DNA from: Acidimicrobiia bacterium
GTDB taxonomy: Bacteria > Actinomycetota > Acidimicrobiia > IMCC26256 > JAENVU01
Length of the DNA stretch: 64,000 nucleotides
NCBI GenBank assembly: GCA_046598395.1
Contig: JBKJIQ010000047.1
Span: 7,290-71,289, forward strand
Direction: 5' to 3'
Part shown: one piece after another, positions 8,365 to 17,474 of the stretch
Numbering within the stretch: position 1 is the first letter of the stretch
How the letters are laid out: each line of letters begins with the position of its first letter
Notes under the pieces: model-generated
Told to the model about the DNA's origin: nothing
The model's input: the letters and a program-made list of their open reading frames with translations, nothing else
The model's database searches: none
Position numbers and translations under genes: made by a program

Positions 8365-10095
8365 ATGCACGATCTCGTCATCTCGGGGGGAACGCTGGTC
8401 GACGGCACCGGCGCAGCACCCCGCCGAGCCGATGTGGCGGTCACCGACGGAGTCATTACCGAGGTCGGAACCCTCGAGGACAACGGAGCACGGCGCACCA
8501 TCGACGCCGACGGCCTGCTCGTGACCCCGGGATTCGTCGATGTGCACACCCACTTCGATGGACAAATCACCTGGGACCCACAGCTCACACCGTCGTGTTG
8601 GCACGGCGTGACCACCGTGGTCATGGGGAACTGTGGCGTTGGATTCGCGCCCGCCCGACCCGACAAGCACGAATGGCTGATCGGTCTCATGGAAGGCGTC
8701 GAGGACATCCCCGGCGCCGCGCTCTCCGAAGGCATCAAATGGGGTTGGGAGTCCTACCCCGAGTACCTCGATGCCATCGATCAGGTCCCGAAAGCGCTCG
8801 ACGTCGGATCCCAAGTTCCCCACGGCGCCGTCCGTGCGTACGTGATGGGAGATCGCGGCGCGCATAACGAGCCGGCTACTCCCGAAGACATCGACGGCAT
8901 GGCGAGGATCGTCCGCGAGGCAATCGAGGCGGGCGCGCTCGGCGTATCAACTTCTCGCACCATCGCCCACATGGCCATCGACGGCGAGCCCGTCCCCGGA
9001 ACGTTCGCAGCCGAAGACGAACTGTTCGGTATCGGCCGCGCCCTCGCCGAGGCGGGTTCGGGCCTGTTCGAACTCGCGCCCGCGGGTGCACTTGGCGAAG
9101 ACCTAGCGGCACCAGAGCGTGAGATGGACTGGATGCGCCGTCTCTCGGCGGCGATCGGTCGTCCGGTCACGTTTGCGCTCACGCAGAACGATCACGACCC
9201 CGAGAGTTGGCGCCGCATGCTCGATCTCGCGGGCCAAGCGCGCACTGAAGGCGCGAGCGTGCGGCCCCAGGTTGCGGGACGACCGGTCACGTTGCTGCTG
9301 GGGCTCGAAACCTTCCACCCCTTCGCATACTGCCCGAGTTGGGGCGAGCTCGGCCTGCTTCCGCTCGCCGAACGAGTCGGTCGACTCCGGGCGAACGCCG
9401 ATCTGCGGGCCCGCCTCATTGCCGAAGCATCCATTCCGAATCCGGCGATGCTCCAGTTCCTCGATCCCGCTACGTCGTACCCGCTCGGCGATCCGCCCAA
9501 CTACGAGCCCGACCCTTCCGACAATGTGGTGGGTCGCGCGGCGCGGGCGGGGCGCGATGTCTATGAGTTCTATCTCGACCTGCTGCTCGAGCACGACGGC
9601 CGCGCGCTCATTATGCGTCCGCTCCTGAACTACACCGATTCCAACCTCGATGCCGTGCGAGAAATGCTGCTGCACCCCACGAGCGCCTGGGGCCTGGGCG
9701 ACGGTGGCGCGCACTGCGGCACCACGTGTGACGCATCAACGCCCACCTACATGCTCACCCATTGGGCCCGTGACCGGGCGCGGGACCAGCTCCCACTCGA
9801 GTGGGTCGTGCGCAAGATGACCGCAGAGACTGCATCGCTCTACGGCCTCGGCGATCGGGGAACCGTGCGGCCTGGCCTACGCGGCGATCTCAACGTCATC
9901 GACCATGCCGGGTTGCGACTCCACGCGCCGGAGATGGTCTATGACCTACCAGGCGATGCGCGCCGGTTCGTGCAGCGCGCCGACGGCTACGTGGCCACGG
10001 TCGTAGCCGGTGAGGTGACCTTGGAACACGGCGAAGACACTGGTGCTCGTCCCGGTCAACTCATCCGCGGAGCCCGGGACTCACGCACGGCCTGA
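8365..10095 (+). CDS. N-acyl-D-amino-acid deacylase family amidohydrolase
   Basis: [37 protein letters not shown] and [10 protein letters not shown] motifs. Confidence 0.88.
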   Translation: MHDLVISGGTLVDGTGAAPRRADVAVTDGVITEVGTLEDNGARRTIDADGLLVTPGFVDVHTHFDGQITWDPQLTPSCWHGVTTVVMGNCGVGFAPARPDKHEWLIGLMEGVEDIPGAALSEGIKWGWESYPEYLDAIDQVPKALDVGSQVPHGAVRAYVMGDRGAHNEPATPEDIDGMARIVREAIEAGALGVSTSRTIAHMAIDGEPVPGTFAAEDELFGIGRALAEAGSGLFELAPAGALGEDLAAPEREMDWMRRLSAAIGRPVTFALTQNDHDPESWRRMLDLAGQARTEGASVRPQVAGRPVTLLLGLETFHPFAYCPSWGELGLLPLAERVGRLRANADLRARLIAEASIPNPAMLQFLDPATSYPLGDPPNYEPDPSDNVVGRAARAGRDVYEFYLDLLLEHDGRALIMRPLLNYTDSNLDAVREMLLHPTSAWGLGDGGAHCGTTCDASTPTYMLTHWARDRARDQLPLEWVVRKMTAETASLYGLGDRGTVRPGLRGDLNVIDHAGLRLHAPEMVYDLPGDARRFVQRADGYVATVVAGEVTLEHGEDTGARPGQLIRGARDSRTA

Positions 10096-11483
10096 TCCAA
10101 ACCTGGCGTTTCGAAACTTGGCCGTTCCAAACCAGACCGCTCCAGCACCGGAGAGCCAAACTCCTCGGGATCAAGGCCGCATGCTCCCGGCGGCAGCGGC
10201 GCCCCCGCCTCACGGCGGCGGGCCACCAAGGTCGCCAAGGTGGCGAACTCTTTGGCCTCCAGCGCGGGATCGGCGACGGTCTCGGCCAGATCCACTTGCA
10301 GCAGGCCCGGAATCGGTCCTCGTGTCTCACGGAGCCGCACGCGAGTGCGGGCGATTTCTGCGCTGAGTTCGCACTGCTCCTCGCCGAGATCGAGCAGAAC
10401 ATCCGCAGCGCGCATATAGCCGTAATCGATGGACGCGCCGATGAGTTCGGCATCGATCGTCAACGCATCGTGCACGTCCACTTCGGGGACGATGACGGTG
10501 ACACGCCGACCCCAACCACGCGGCGGGTTGATCTCCTTGCGCAGCGTCTCGTCGGGTCCGATATCGGCCGTGACCCGACGCGCGATTTCAAAGAGTCCGC
10601 GATCACCTGCGTCGGCCCACGGGTCTACACCGGGCGCAGAGGCGACGACCGCGAAGATGTGGCCGGCCCCGAGTCCGTTGAACGCCAACGCCAACGGAAG
10701 GATTTCGCGCACGCCACCATCCACGTAGTGCTCACCTGCCATCGGGGTCGGCGGAAACACCACCGGGATCGAGGCCGAGGCGAGCACCGCGTCGTGGACT
10801 GACACGGGCGGTCCCGGCAGGAGCGCGTCGTCGCGCGCGTGAAGGTTGCCGTGTTGGTCCACGTAGCGCAGTTCGCCACTTTCGAGACTCACCGCACCCA
10901 CGCGCAAGGTGAGACCGGACGACTGCATCAAGTCCGGCGACAGGCGCTGCTCCACGATCGCCCGCACCGGCCCCATGCTGAGGAGCGATTTGGCCCTCAA
11001 TGCGCCGCGCAGGGCATCGACCGTTCCGTCGGTCTCGGGAGGATTGCGCACGATCTCGCCGAGCATCCGCATCACGACGCGCGCCTGGCTGCCCGCAGTC
11101 CCGTGCTCTCCCGCTCGTCCGCGCAGCTCCGAGGCCCAGTACACCTGCGCCCGAAGCTTGTCGAGCCACGGTTCCGTGAGCCACATGTCGTGGTTTGATC
11201 GCAGGCCACGCCATATCGTCTCGAGTTCGTCGATCGCTCGCCGACCCGTCTCCTCGTCATCACCTTCGGCGAGCTTGGCGGCCATGATCGCGCCTACCGA
11301 GGAACCGACCAAGATCGACGGCCGCAACCCCAGGTCGTCGTACAGATACCGCAACACCCCGACTTCGAAGCTGCCTTGCGATCCGCCGCCACTCAGGACG
11401 AACGCAATCGGCCGACGGGCCATACGGCGCCGAAGGTTGGCGCGCGCGGTGCGCACGAATCGGGTGAGCTCGAGCTCCGCCAT
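10056..11483 (-). CDS. Patatin-like phospholipase
   Basis: SGGGSQG, GSSVG nucleophile, ASASIP and YVDGG motifs. Confidence 0.88.
   Translation of the reverse strand: MAELELTRFVRTARANLRRRMARRPIAFVLSGGGSQGSFEVGVLRYLYDDLGLRPSILVGSSVGAIMAAKLAEGDDEETGRRAIDELETIWRGLRSNHDMWLTEPWLDKLRAQVYWASELRGRAGEHGTAGSQARVVMRMLGEIVRNPPETDGTVDALRGALRAKSLLSMGPVRAIVEQRLSPDLMQSSGLTLRVGAVSLESGELRYVDQHGNLHARDDALLPGPPVSVHDAVLASASIPVVFPPTPMAGEHYVDGGVREILPLALAFNGLGAGHIFAVVASAPGVDPWADAGDRGLFEIARRVTADIGPDETLRKEINPPRGWGRRVTVIVPEVDVHDALTIDAELIGASIDYGYMRAADVLLDLGEEQCELSAEIARTRVRLRETRGPIPGLLQVDLAETVADPALEAKEFATLATLVARRREAGAPLPPGACGLDPEEFGSPVLERSGLERPSFETPGLDQAVRESRAPRMS
10096..10155. repeat. Four imperfect 15-bp tandem repeats in the patatin 3' end
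   Basis: tccaaacctggcgtt / tcgaaacttggccgt / tccaaaccagaccgc / tccagcaccggagag; encodes approximately [18 protein letters not shown]. Confidence 0.55.
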
Positions 11484-11498
11484 GCGGCGGTCGCCTCT

Positions 11499-11708
11499 CT
11501 AGACGATCTTTTCGCCGTCGCGCATGACCGCGATCGCTTGGGTCGGACACCCTTGCGCGGCGAGAATCACCTTGTCCTCCGATTCACCCGCCGCGTCGAT
11601 CACGATCGCGACGCCGTCGTCGTCGAGGTCAAAGACTCCGGGGGCCCAGAACGAACAGTTCCCCGAACCCATACAGACTTCGCGGTTGATCTCAATCGAC
11701 AACGCCAC
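11499..11708 (-). CDS. Ferredoxin (Fer4_15, probably 3Fe-4S)
   Basis: CMGSGNC...APGVF...GCPTQAI; GTG start after a strong AAGGAGGT ribosome-binding site. Confidence 0.9.
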   Translation of the reverse strand: MALSIEINREVCMGSGNCSFWAPGVFDLDDDGVAIVIDAAGESEDKVILAAQGCPTQAIAVMRDGEKIV

Positions 11709-11809
11709 CGGGGCGACCTCCTTTTCGGACAACGGCCAACCTACCGCGGCGAGCAGGGGAGGCGACCGATGCGGAAGTCGTTCGAGCTGGGCCCGCTGCT
11801 GATGTTGGT

Positions 11810-12208
11810 TCAGACGCCGCGTGCCACGTTGAGCGCGCCCCAAAGCATCGGGAGCTGTAATGGCAGGCGCGCCCATGCCACCGCCGCCGAGTTCATCGGC
11901 GGCTTGGCGTCGGGCATTCCACCGTCGAGCGCGAGCTGCCAGTTCGCCGGCCACACCGCGAGAATTGTCGCCAACGACGCCCAGCCACCGACCTTGCGAG
12001 TCTGGGACCGCAGCATGAGCCCCGCGCATGCCAGCTCCGCCACGCCACTGAGGTACGTCCAGGTTCGGGGCGTTCCGGGCATCCATTGCGGCACAATCGG
12101 GTCATAGAACCCCGGATTTGTGAAGTGGGTCACTCCGGCGCCGCCCATCAGTGCGAGCATTCGCCACGGAATCCGGGAGGGGGCTGGGTCGACCGGTTGT
12201 TGCTTCAT
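11810..12208 (-). CDS. DoxX-like membrane protein
   Basis: GVTHF...YDPIVP...SGVAE...VWPANW...WARLPLQ pattern. Confidence 0.8.
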   Translation of the reverse strand: MKQQPVDPAPSRIPWRMLALMGGAGVTHFTNPGFYDPIVPQWMPGTPRTWTYLSGVAELACAGLMLRSQTRKVGGWASLATILAVWPANWQLALDGGMPDAKPPMNSAAVAWARLPLQLPMLWGALNVARGV

Positions 12209-12218
12209 CGCCGCCAAC

Positions 12219-13415
12219 TCAGGCGACGTCGAAAAGTACGGGCAGCGTGGTCGGAGAACGGAAACGTTCGCCATGAATATGCACATCGTCCGCGTCCCAG
12301 CGGGCAGGGTCCTGACGCAGGTTCGGGCACCGGTCGATGAGCCGGTTGACGGCAGTGGCCATCTCCATTCGGGCCAGGTGGATCCCGAGACACATGTGGA
12401 CACCGTGACCGAAGGCGATGTGCGGTTGCGGCTCACGGAAGATGTCGAACGTTTCGGGCCGGTCCCAACGGGTCTCGTCGTGGTTGGCGGCCCCGATATT
12501 CACGGTCACGAATCCACCCTTCGGAATCGTGACTCCGCTGATGTCGGTATCGGTTGCGCACTCGCGTGACGTAATGAGCAACGGCCCTTCCCACCGGATC
12601 GACTCTTCAATTGCTTGGGGCATGAGCTCACGATCCGATCGCAGCGCGTCGAACTGTTCCACATTGCTCAGCAGGCCGTGCAAGAAGCTGCCCGTGGCGC
12701 GATATGTGGTCTCGGCCCCGGCGGGAAGCAGCAGCCGCAGAAAAGAAAAGATCTCTTCGTCACCAAGTCGTTCGCCGTCGAGTTCGGCCACCGTCAACTC
12801 GCTGATGATGTCGGTACCCGGACGCGTCCGCCGTTCGTCCATGATTCCCGCGAAGTAGTCGCGCAGCTCCTCGCTCGCAACAATTCCTTCCTCCGGACGG
12901 ACCGCCACATTGATCACGGCCAGCGCACGCGGATGGAAGAAGGCATGGTCCTCTCGCGGCAAGCCGAGAATCGCGGCAATCACCTGGGCGGGATAGTGAT
13001 AGGTGAACTCGCTGACGAGATCGGCTTCGCCTCGGGCCGCGAATCCGTCGATCATGTCGTCGACGACCGGCACCACGAGGTCCGCATCCCAATGGGCAAG
13101 CGTGCGCTGACGAAACGCTTGTGCGACGAGCGCCCGCAGGCGGCGGTGCTCCGGTTCATCCATCCCTACCAGTGGATACGGACCCATCACCACGCTCATG
13201 AAGTCGCGAATCGAACCCGACGGGAACGTCACATTGTCGCGCATCACTGCGGAGACAAGCTCGTAGGGGTAGATCTCGTAGCCACCGTCTTCCATCAACT
13301 CCACGGGCTGCGTGGCGCGCTTGTCCCAGAAGCCCGGATATGGGTCACGGACGTCACCCGCGACGCCGGTGAACTGCGACATCGGGTCGAACGGAGCATC
13401 CACAGAAACTGACAT
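12219..13415 (-). CDS. Cytochrome P450
   Basis: AGAETT I-helix, EESIR (ExxR) and FGHGVHMCLG heme motif. Confidence 0.95.
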   Translation of the reverse strand: MSVSVDAPFDPMSQFTGVAGDVRDPYPGFWDKRATQPVELMEDGGYEIYPYELVSAVMRDNVTFPSGSIRDFMSVVMGPYPLVGMDEPEHRRLRALVAQAFRQRTLAHWDADLVVPVVDDMIDGFAARGEADLVSEFTYHYPAQVIAAILGLPREDHAFFHPRALAVINVAVRPEEGIVASEELRDYFAGIMDERRTRPGTDIISELTVAELDGERLGDEEIFSFLRLLLPAGAETTYRATGSFLHGLLSNVEQFDALRSDRELMPQAIEESIRWEGPLLITSRECATDTDISGVTIPKGGFVTVNIGAANHDETRWDRPETFDIFREPQPHIAFGHGVHMCLGIHLARMEMATAVNRLIDRCPNLRQDPARWDADDVHIHGERFRSPTTLPVLFDVA

Positions 13416-13430
13416 GCGTGTCAGCTTAGA
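13409..13430 (-). promoter_or_regulatory. Leaderless promoter (TAAGCT-7 nt-ATG) with operator CTGACATGCGTGTCAG over the P450 start codon
   Basis: Perfect 6-bp arms CTGACA/TGTCAG at 13409-13424. Confidence 0.65.
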
Positions 13431-14775
13431 GCGCGCAGAAGCGTTGGTAGCGAGCTTCGAGTGGGTCGGCCCAGCGGGGGTCGGGATCGATCGTCCGCCC
13501 GGCACGCGCCCACCGACGCGCGTCGGTCATCACACCGTCTTCGAGTCCCGCGGCCAAGCGAGCCAAGAAAGCCGAACCGAGCGCGGCGCCTTCGGGCACG
13601 GCGGTGCACTGCACGGGCAAGCCGGTGCAGTCGGCAAGGGCTTGAACCCATTCATCAACCCGCGTCCCTCCGCCGGTGGCGACGATACGGCGAGGAGTGA
13701 TCCCGTGGGCCGAGCTCACGGCGTCGATCATCCGTCGAGCCACGAAGCCGGACGCCTCGAAGGTGGCCCGCCGAATCGCCGCGGCGTCGTGCATCAGGTC
13801 GAGGTCTGTGAGCATCCCGCGCCGGTGGGGATCATGCAGCGGAACCCGTTCGCCGCGCGGGTAGGGCGCCCATACCGGAACCCGATCGCGATCAGGGCGC
13901 GCGCCCGGCGACTCCGCCCCCATCGAACGCGTGGCCCAGTTGATGAAGAGGCCACCCGCATTGCTCGGTCCTCCTGCGAGGAACAGGTCCGGCTCGGTGA
14001 ACGGCATCACCCAATAGTCCTCCACGGGGTCGTGACGCGGCGTCACCACACTCACGATCAGCGTGGTGCCCATCAGGATCAACACATCGCCGCCTTCTCG
14101 TGCACCGGCCACGATCTGATCGGTCAACACATCGATGCAGCCGGAGGCGAGCACCGGACCGTCGGGAACTCCCACAGTGCCGCACGCCCAGCCGGTCGGG
14201 ACAATCCGCGGTAGTTGTTCGATGCTGATGCCAACCTGGGCGACGACGTCGGGGTCCCACTTCGTCCAGTCGAAGAGCGGATAGGCCACGCTCGCGGTCG
14301 TGGTGTCGATGACTGCCTCGCCCGAGAGTGCGTGATTGGCCATCGTGGTCGCCGGCCAGAACGCCGCGGCATTGGGCGCGATTGCCTTGGCCCACCGAAG
14401 GAAGTTCACCAGCTCCCCGGTCTCTGCCGGGTTTCCGCTCGTGGCCTCACCCTGACCGCGAGCATCGCCGTAGAGCAGCCCGGGCGTGAGTGGTGTTCCG
14501 TGTTCGTCCACCGCGGCGAGCGACGGCACCATCGCGCACACGCTCACCCCGGCCGGCGCGAGATCCAAGTTCAGCGCGTCGAGCGCCGCGAGCGGACCCT
14601 GAGCCCAGGCTTGGGTCGGATCATGTTCGAAGTGGTCAGGAGCCGGAATGCCAATGTCGTGGGGGATCCGCGACGCGGCCACAACGTTGCCCGCTTCGTC
14701 GGCCGCGACGGCCTTCACCGACGACGTCCCAATATCGATCCCGACCGTGACCGGGCCGATCCCCCGGCCTGTCAT
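13426..14775 (-). CDS. FGGY-family carbohydrate kinase (xylulokinase-like)
   Basis: GIDIGTSSVKA, LLYGDAR, PYPRGERVP and ATGGGTRV motifs. Confidence 0.88.
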   Translation of the reverse strand: MTGRGIGPVTVGIDIGTSSVKAVAADEAGNVVAASRIPHDIGIPAPDHFEHDPTQAWAQGPLAALDALNLDLAPAGVSVCAMVPSLAAVDEHGTPLTPGLLYGDARGQGEATSGNPAETGELVNFLRWAKAIAPNAAAFWPATTMANHALSGEAVIDTTTASVAYPLFDWTKWDPDVVAQVGISIEQLPRIVPTGWACGTVGVPDGPVLASGCIDVLTDQIVAGAREGGDVLILMGTTLIVSVVTPRHDPVEDYWVMPFTEPDLFLAGGPSNAGGLFINWATRSMGAESPGARPDRDRVPVWAPYPRGERVPLHDPHRRGMLTDLDLMHDAAAIRRATFEASGFVARRMIDAVSSAHGITPRRIVATGGGTRVDEWVQALADCTGLPVQCTAVPEGAALGSAFLARLAAGLEDGVMTDARRWARAGRTIDPDPRWADPLEARYQRFCAL

Positions 14776-15566
14776 GGCCGGTCTTCACCTTGGGACCGGG
14801 GCTTGGCATCCGCGAGCGCGGCAAGGACCTCTTCGTGGAGCAGTCCGTTCGTCGAGACCGCGCTCCCGCCATTGGCCGTGCGTTCGCCTTCGAGATTCGT
14901 GAAGCGTCCACCTGCCTCCTCCACGATCACGAGAATCGGTGCGAGGTCCCACAGATTCACGATCGGTTCCGCGGCAACATCAGCGGCGCCTTCGGCCACG
15001 AACATGTGCTGAAGAAAATCGCCGACACCCCGGGTACGCCACACCGTGTGCAACAAGTCGATCATTGGTTGGGCCGAGCTCCGGTACTTGGTCCAGGAAG
15101 GCAGGTCCGAATAACACATCTGTGCTTGGCCAAGATCGGCGACGGTCGACACGTGAATGGCGCGTTCATTTGCGAACGCGCCCTCTCCCCGCGCGGCATA
15201 CCAACGCCCGTGGAGCGCGGGAGCAGAGACCACGCCGACCCGCATCTCCCCGTCTTCCTCCAGCGCGATGAGCGTGCCCCAAATCGGGAATCCCCGGACG
15301 TAACTCGCGGTTCCGTCGATCGGATCGACGATCCAGCGCCGGTGGCTGACACCCTCGACCCCAAACTCTTCGCCGAGCACTGCGTCGCCGGGACGCGCGG
15401 CTTGTATCCCTTCGCGAATCAGAACCTCGGTCGCATGGTCTGCCTCGGTCACGTGGGTGGTGTCGGCCTTGCGATCTATCCGCAGGTCGTGCGCGCGGAA
15501 TCGCGACATCGTGAGCGCGTCAGCGGCGTCCGCCAGTTCAAGAGCGAGGGCAAGGTCGGCGTCGAT
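14772..15566 (-). CDS. hisN: Inositol monophosphatase family, histidinol-phosphatase HisN-like; apparent ATC start
   Basis: VTEAD, LGEEFG, WIVDPIDGT and WDLAP motifs; the conserved N-terminal helix DADLALALELADAAD lies upstream of the first ATG (15509). Confidence 0.78.
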   Translation of the reverse strand: MDADLALALELADAADALTMSRFRAHDLRIDRKADTTHVTEADHATEVLIREGIQAARPGDAVLGEEFGVEGVSHRRWIVDPIDGTASYVRGFPIWGTLIALEEDGEMRVGVVSAPALHGRWYAARGEGAFANERAIHVSTVADLGQAQMCYSDLPSWTKYRSSAQPMIDLLHTVWRTRGVGDFLQHMFVAEGAADVAAEPIVNLWDLAPILVIVEEAGGRFTNLEGERTANGGSAVSTNGLLHEEVLAALADAKPRSQGEDRP

Positions 15567-15639
15567 GACGCCACGCTACCTGGGCCACGTTCACGAAGTG
15601 TCGCTTCCGGGGGTTGCCGATGCACCATAATTGGGATTC

Positions 15640-16203
15640 ATGATGCGACTCACTCATACCTTTCGTCGCGCGTCGCGAAGGCCGCGCTTCGCTCTCGTGA
15701 GCCTCGCCACGGTGACGGTGTTGACCCTCGCGGCGGCAGGCTGTGCGTCCGGGTCGAGTTCTCGAGCTACGAAACCACTCACATCTTCCACCACCCACCG
15801 CCGCAAACCGCTGCGGTCAACCAGCACCACTTCGGGAGCGTCGACCAGTACCACCACGGCACCGAGCTCGTCCTCTACGGCCGCACCACCGCCGAGCTCC
15901 TCCACTCCGCCGCCATCCGATATCTGTGGTGCCCGCTCCGGACCGATCTACGCCGCAGTACAAGGCGGTGACCTCGGACCCGTCCCGCTCGGCGACTACG
16001 AGATCACCGAGTGCCGGATCGCGACGTCGAACCAAATCTGGGCGGCCGTCACACTCAAACCGCTTCCCGGCAAGGCCGTGGTCCCGCTCACCGTCGCGCT
16101 GCTCCGCATCGGTTCCATCTGGACCGTGAAGCAGTACGCACAAAACCACGTGGCGTGTGACGCCCCGCCACCGGTCCCCACGGAACTTCGGCTCGGCTGC
16201 TGA
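15640..16203 (+). CDS. Secreted lipoprotein with Ser/Thr/Pro-rich linker and small Cys-containing C-terminal domain
   Basis: Basic N-terminus, hydrophobic stretch, lipobox AAAGC, S/T-rich run, three Cys in the C-terminal domain plus a terminal Cys. Confidence 0.7.
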   Translation: MMRLTHTFRRASRRPRFALVSLATVTVLTLAAAGCASGSSSRATKPLTSSTTHRRKPLRSTSTTSGASTSTTTAPSSSSTAAPPPSSSTPPPSDICGARSGPIYAAVQGGDLGPVPLGDYEITECRIATSNQIWAAVTLKPLPGKAVVPLTVALLRIGSIWTVKQYAQNHVACDAPPPVPTELRLGC

Positions 16204-16231
16204 CCTCCCGCACCCGGTTCGGTTGCGGGAG

Positions 16232-17410
16232 TTACGCGGGCATGACCTCGAGCACCGTCGCGGATCCCATACCGCCGCCGGCACACATACTCGAGACGCC
16301 AATGCCGCCGCCGCGACGCGCGAGTTCGTTCACGAGCGTCACGATCATGCGCGCGCCCGTGGCTGCTACGGGGTGACCGAGACTGCAGCCGCTTCCATTG
16401 ACGTTGGTGATCTCGTGCGAAATCCCCAGGATGCGAGTACTCGCCACGCACATCGATGCGAAGGCTTCGTTGATCTCGAACAAGTCGACGTCGCCAACGG
16501 CCAGACCTGCACGTGCGAGCGCCTTCGGAATGGCATACGTGGGACCAAGGCCGGTGTCCTGTGGTGGCACTCCCGATGAAGCCCACGACTTCACGATCGC
16601 CATCGGCTTGAGTCCATGCGCCTGCGCATACTCGGAATCCACCAACATCAGCGCCGCGGCCGCGTCGTTCAACCCTGACGAGTTACCTGCAGTGATGCTG
16701 AAGCCCTCGATCTCGGGGTGCAGTGGCTTGAGGCTTGCGAGCTTCTCCATCGTGGTGCCGCGGCGGGGGTGTTCATCCACGCTGAACGTGACCGTTTCCC
16801 CGTCGCGGCGCACGATGTCGATGGGGAAGATCTCTGCCTCAAACTTGCCGGCATCGATCGCAGCATTCGCCCGGTTATGTGATTCGTAGGCCCAGTAGTC
16901 CATCTCTTCGCGTGTCACGTTGGCCTTCTGCGCGGTGTTCCAACCCACGGTGATCGACATGTCGAACGCCGGAGCCTCCGGCGTCTCCGGGTGGCTCGGC
17001 GACATCCACGGCTTCATCTCGTCGGTGCCCATCACCCGCTTCATCGCGGCTGGCGAACTCGAGATGCTCTCCGCTCCGCCCGCGATTACCACGCGATCCA
17101 TGCCGGCACGGATACTCGCAGCCGCGCCCTGGACCGCGGCCATACCCGAGGCGCAGTGCCGGTTCAGGGCAACCCCGGGGACGTTCTCGAGGCCGAGTTG
17201 GACCGCGGCGTAGCGGGCAATGTCGCCGCCGCCTTGCAGCGACTCCCCCATCTGGAGATCGTCCACGTCGGCGTGCTCGACTCCTGATCGGCGCAGCGCT
17301 TCACCCACCGCGTACGCAGCCAGATCGAAGGCAGGAACATCGAGCAGGGTTCCCTTGCGGGCGGTACCGATCGCGCTACGAGCGGTCGAGACGATGACGG
17401 CGTCACCCAT
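16232..17410 (-). CDS. Acetyl-CoA C-acyltransferase (canonical thiolase)
   Basis: NRHCASG nucleophile, TAGNSSGLNDAA, EINEAF, GHPVAATG and MCAGGGMG motifs. Confidence 0.93.
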   Translation of the reverse strand: MGDAVIVSTARSAIGTARKGTLLDVPAFDLAAYAVGEALRRSGVEHADVDDLQMGESLQGGGDIARYAAVQLGLENVPGVALNRHCASGMAAVQGAAASIRAGMDRVVIAGGAESISSSPAAMKRVMGTDEMKPWMSPSHPETPEAPAFDMSITVGWNTAQKANVTREEMDYWAYESHNRANAAIDAGKFEAEIFPIDIVRRDGETVTFSVDEHPRRGTTMEKLASLKPLHPEIEGFSITAGNSSGLNDAAAALMLVDSEYAQAHGLKPMAIVKSWASSGVPPQDTGLGPTYAIPKALARAGLAVGDVDLFEINEAFASMCVASTRILGISHEITNVNGSGCSLGHPVAATGARMIVTLVNELARRGGGIGVSSMCAGGGMGSATVLEVMPA

Positions 17411-17448
17411 GGGTGCGTCCTCCGGGCTGAGGGGTTGCGAGCCCGGGG

Positions 17449-17473
17449 ATCGTATCCCTGACGCTGATGTCGG
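17449..17473 (-). promoter_or_regulatory. -10 TACGAT with adjacent operator-like CTGACGCTGATGTCGG (17458-17473)
   Basis: One mismatch to the TGACR-N4-YGTCA consensus; upstream of the thiolase. Confidence 0.5.
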
Positions 17474-17474
17474 C

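Noticed and set aside
11709-12086. Apparent N-terminal extension making a 195-aa ferredoxin fusion
   Set aside because: The extension is an off-frame reading of the DoxX gene and intergenic DNA; a strong ribosome-binding site supports the GTG at 11708
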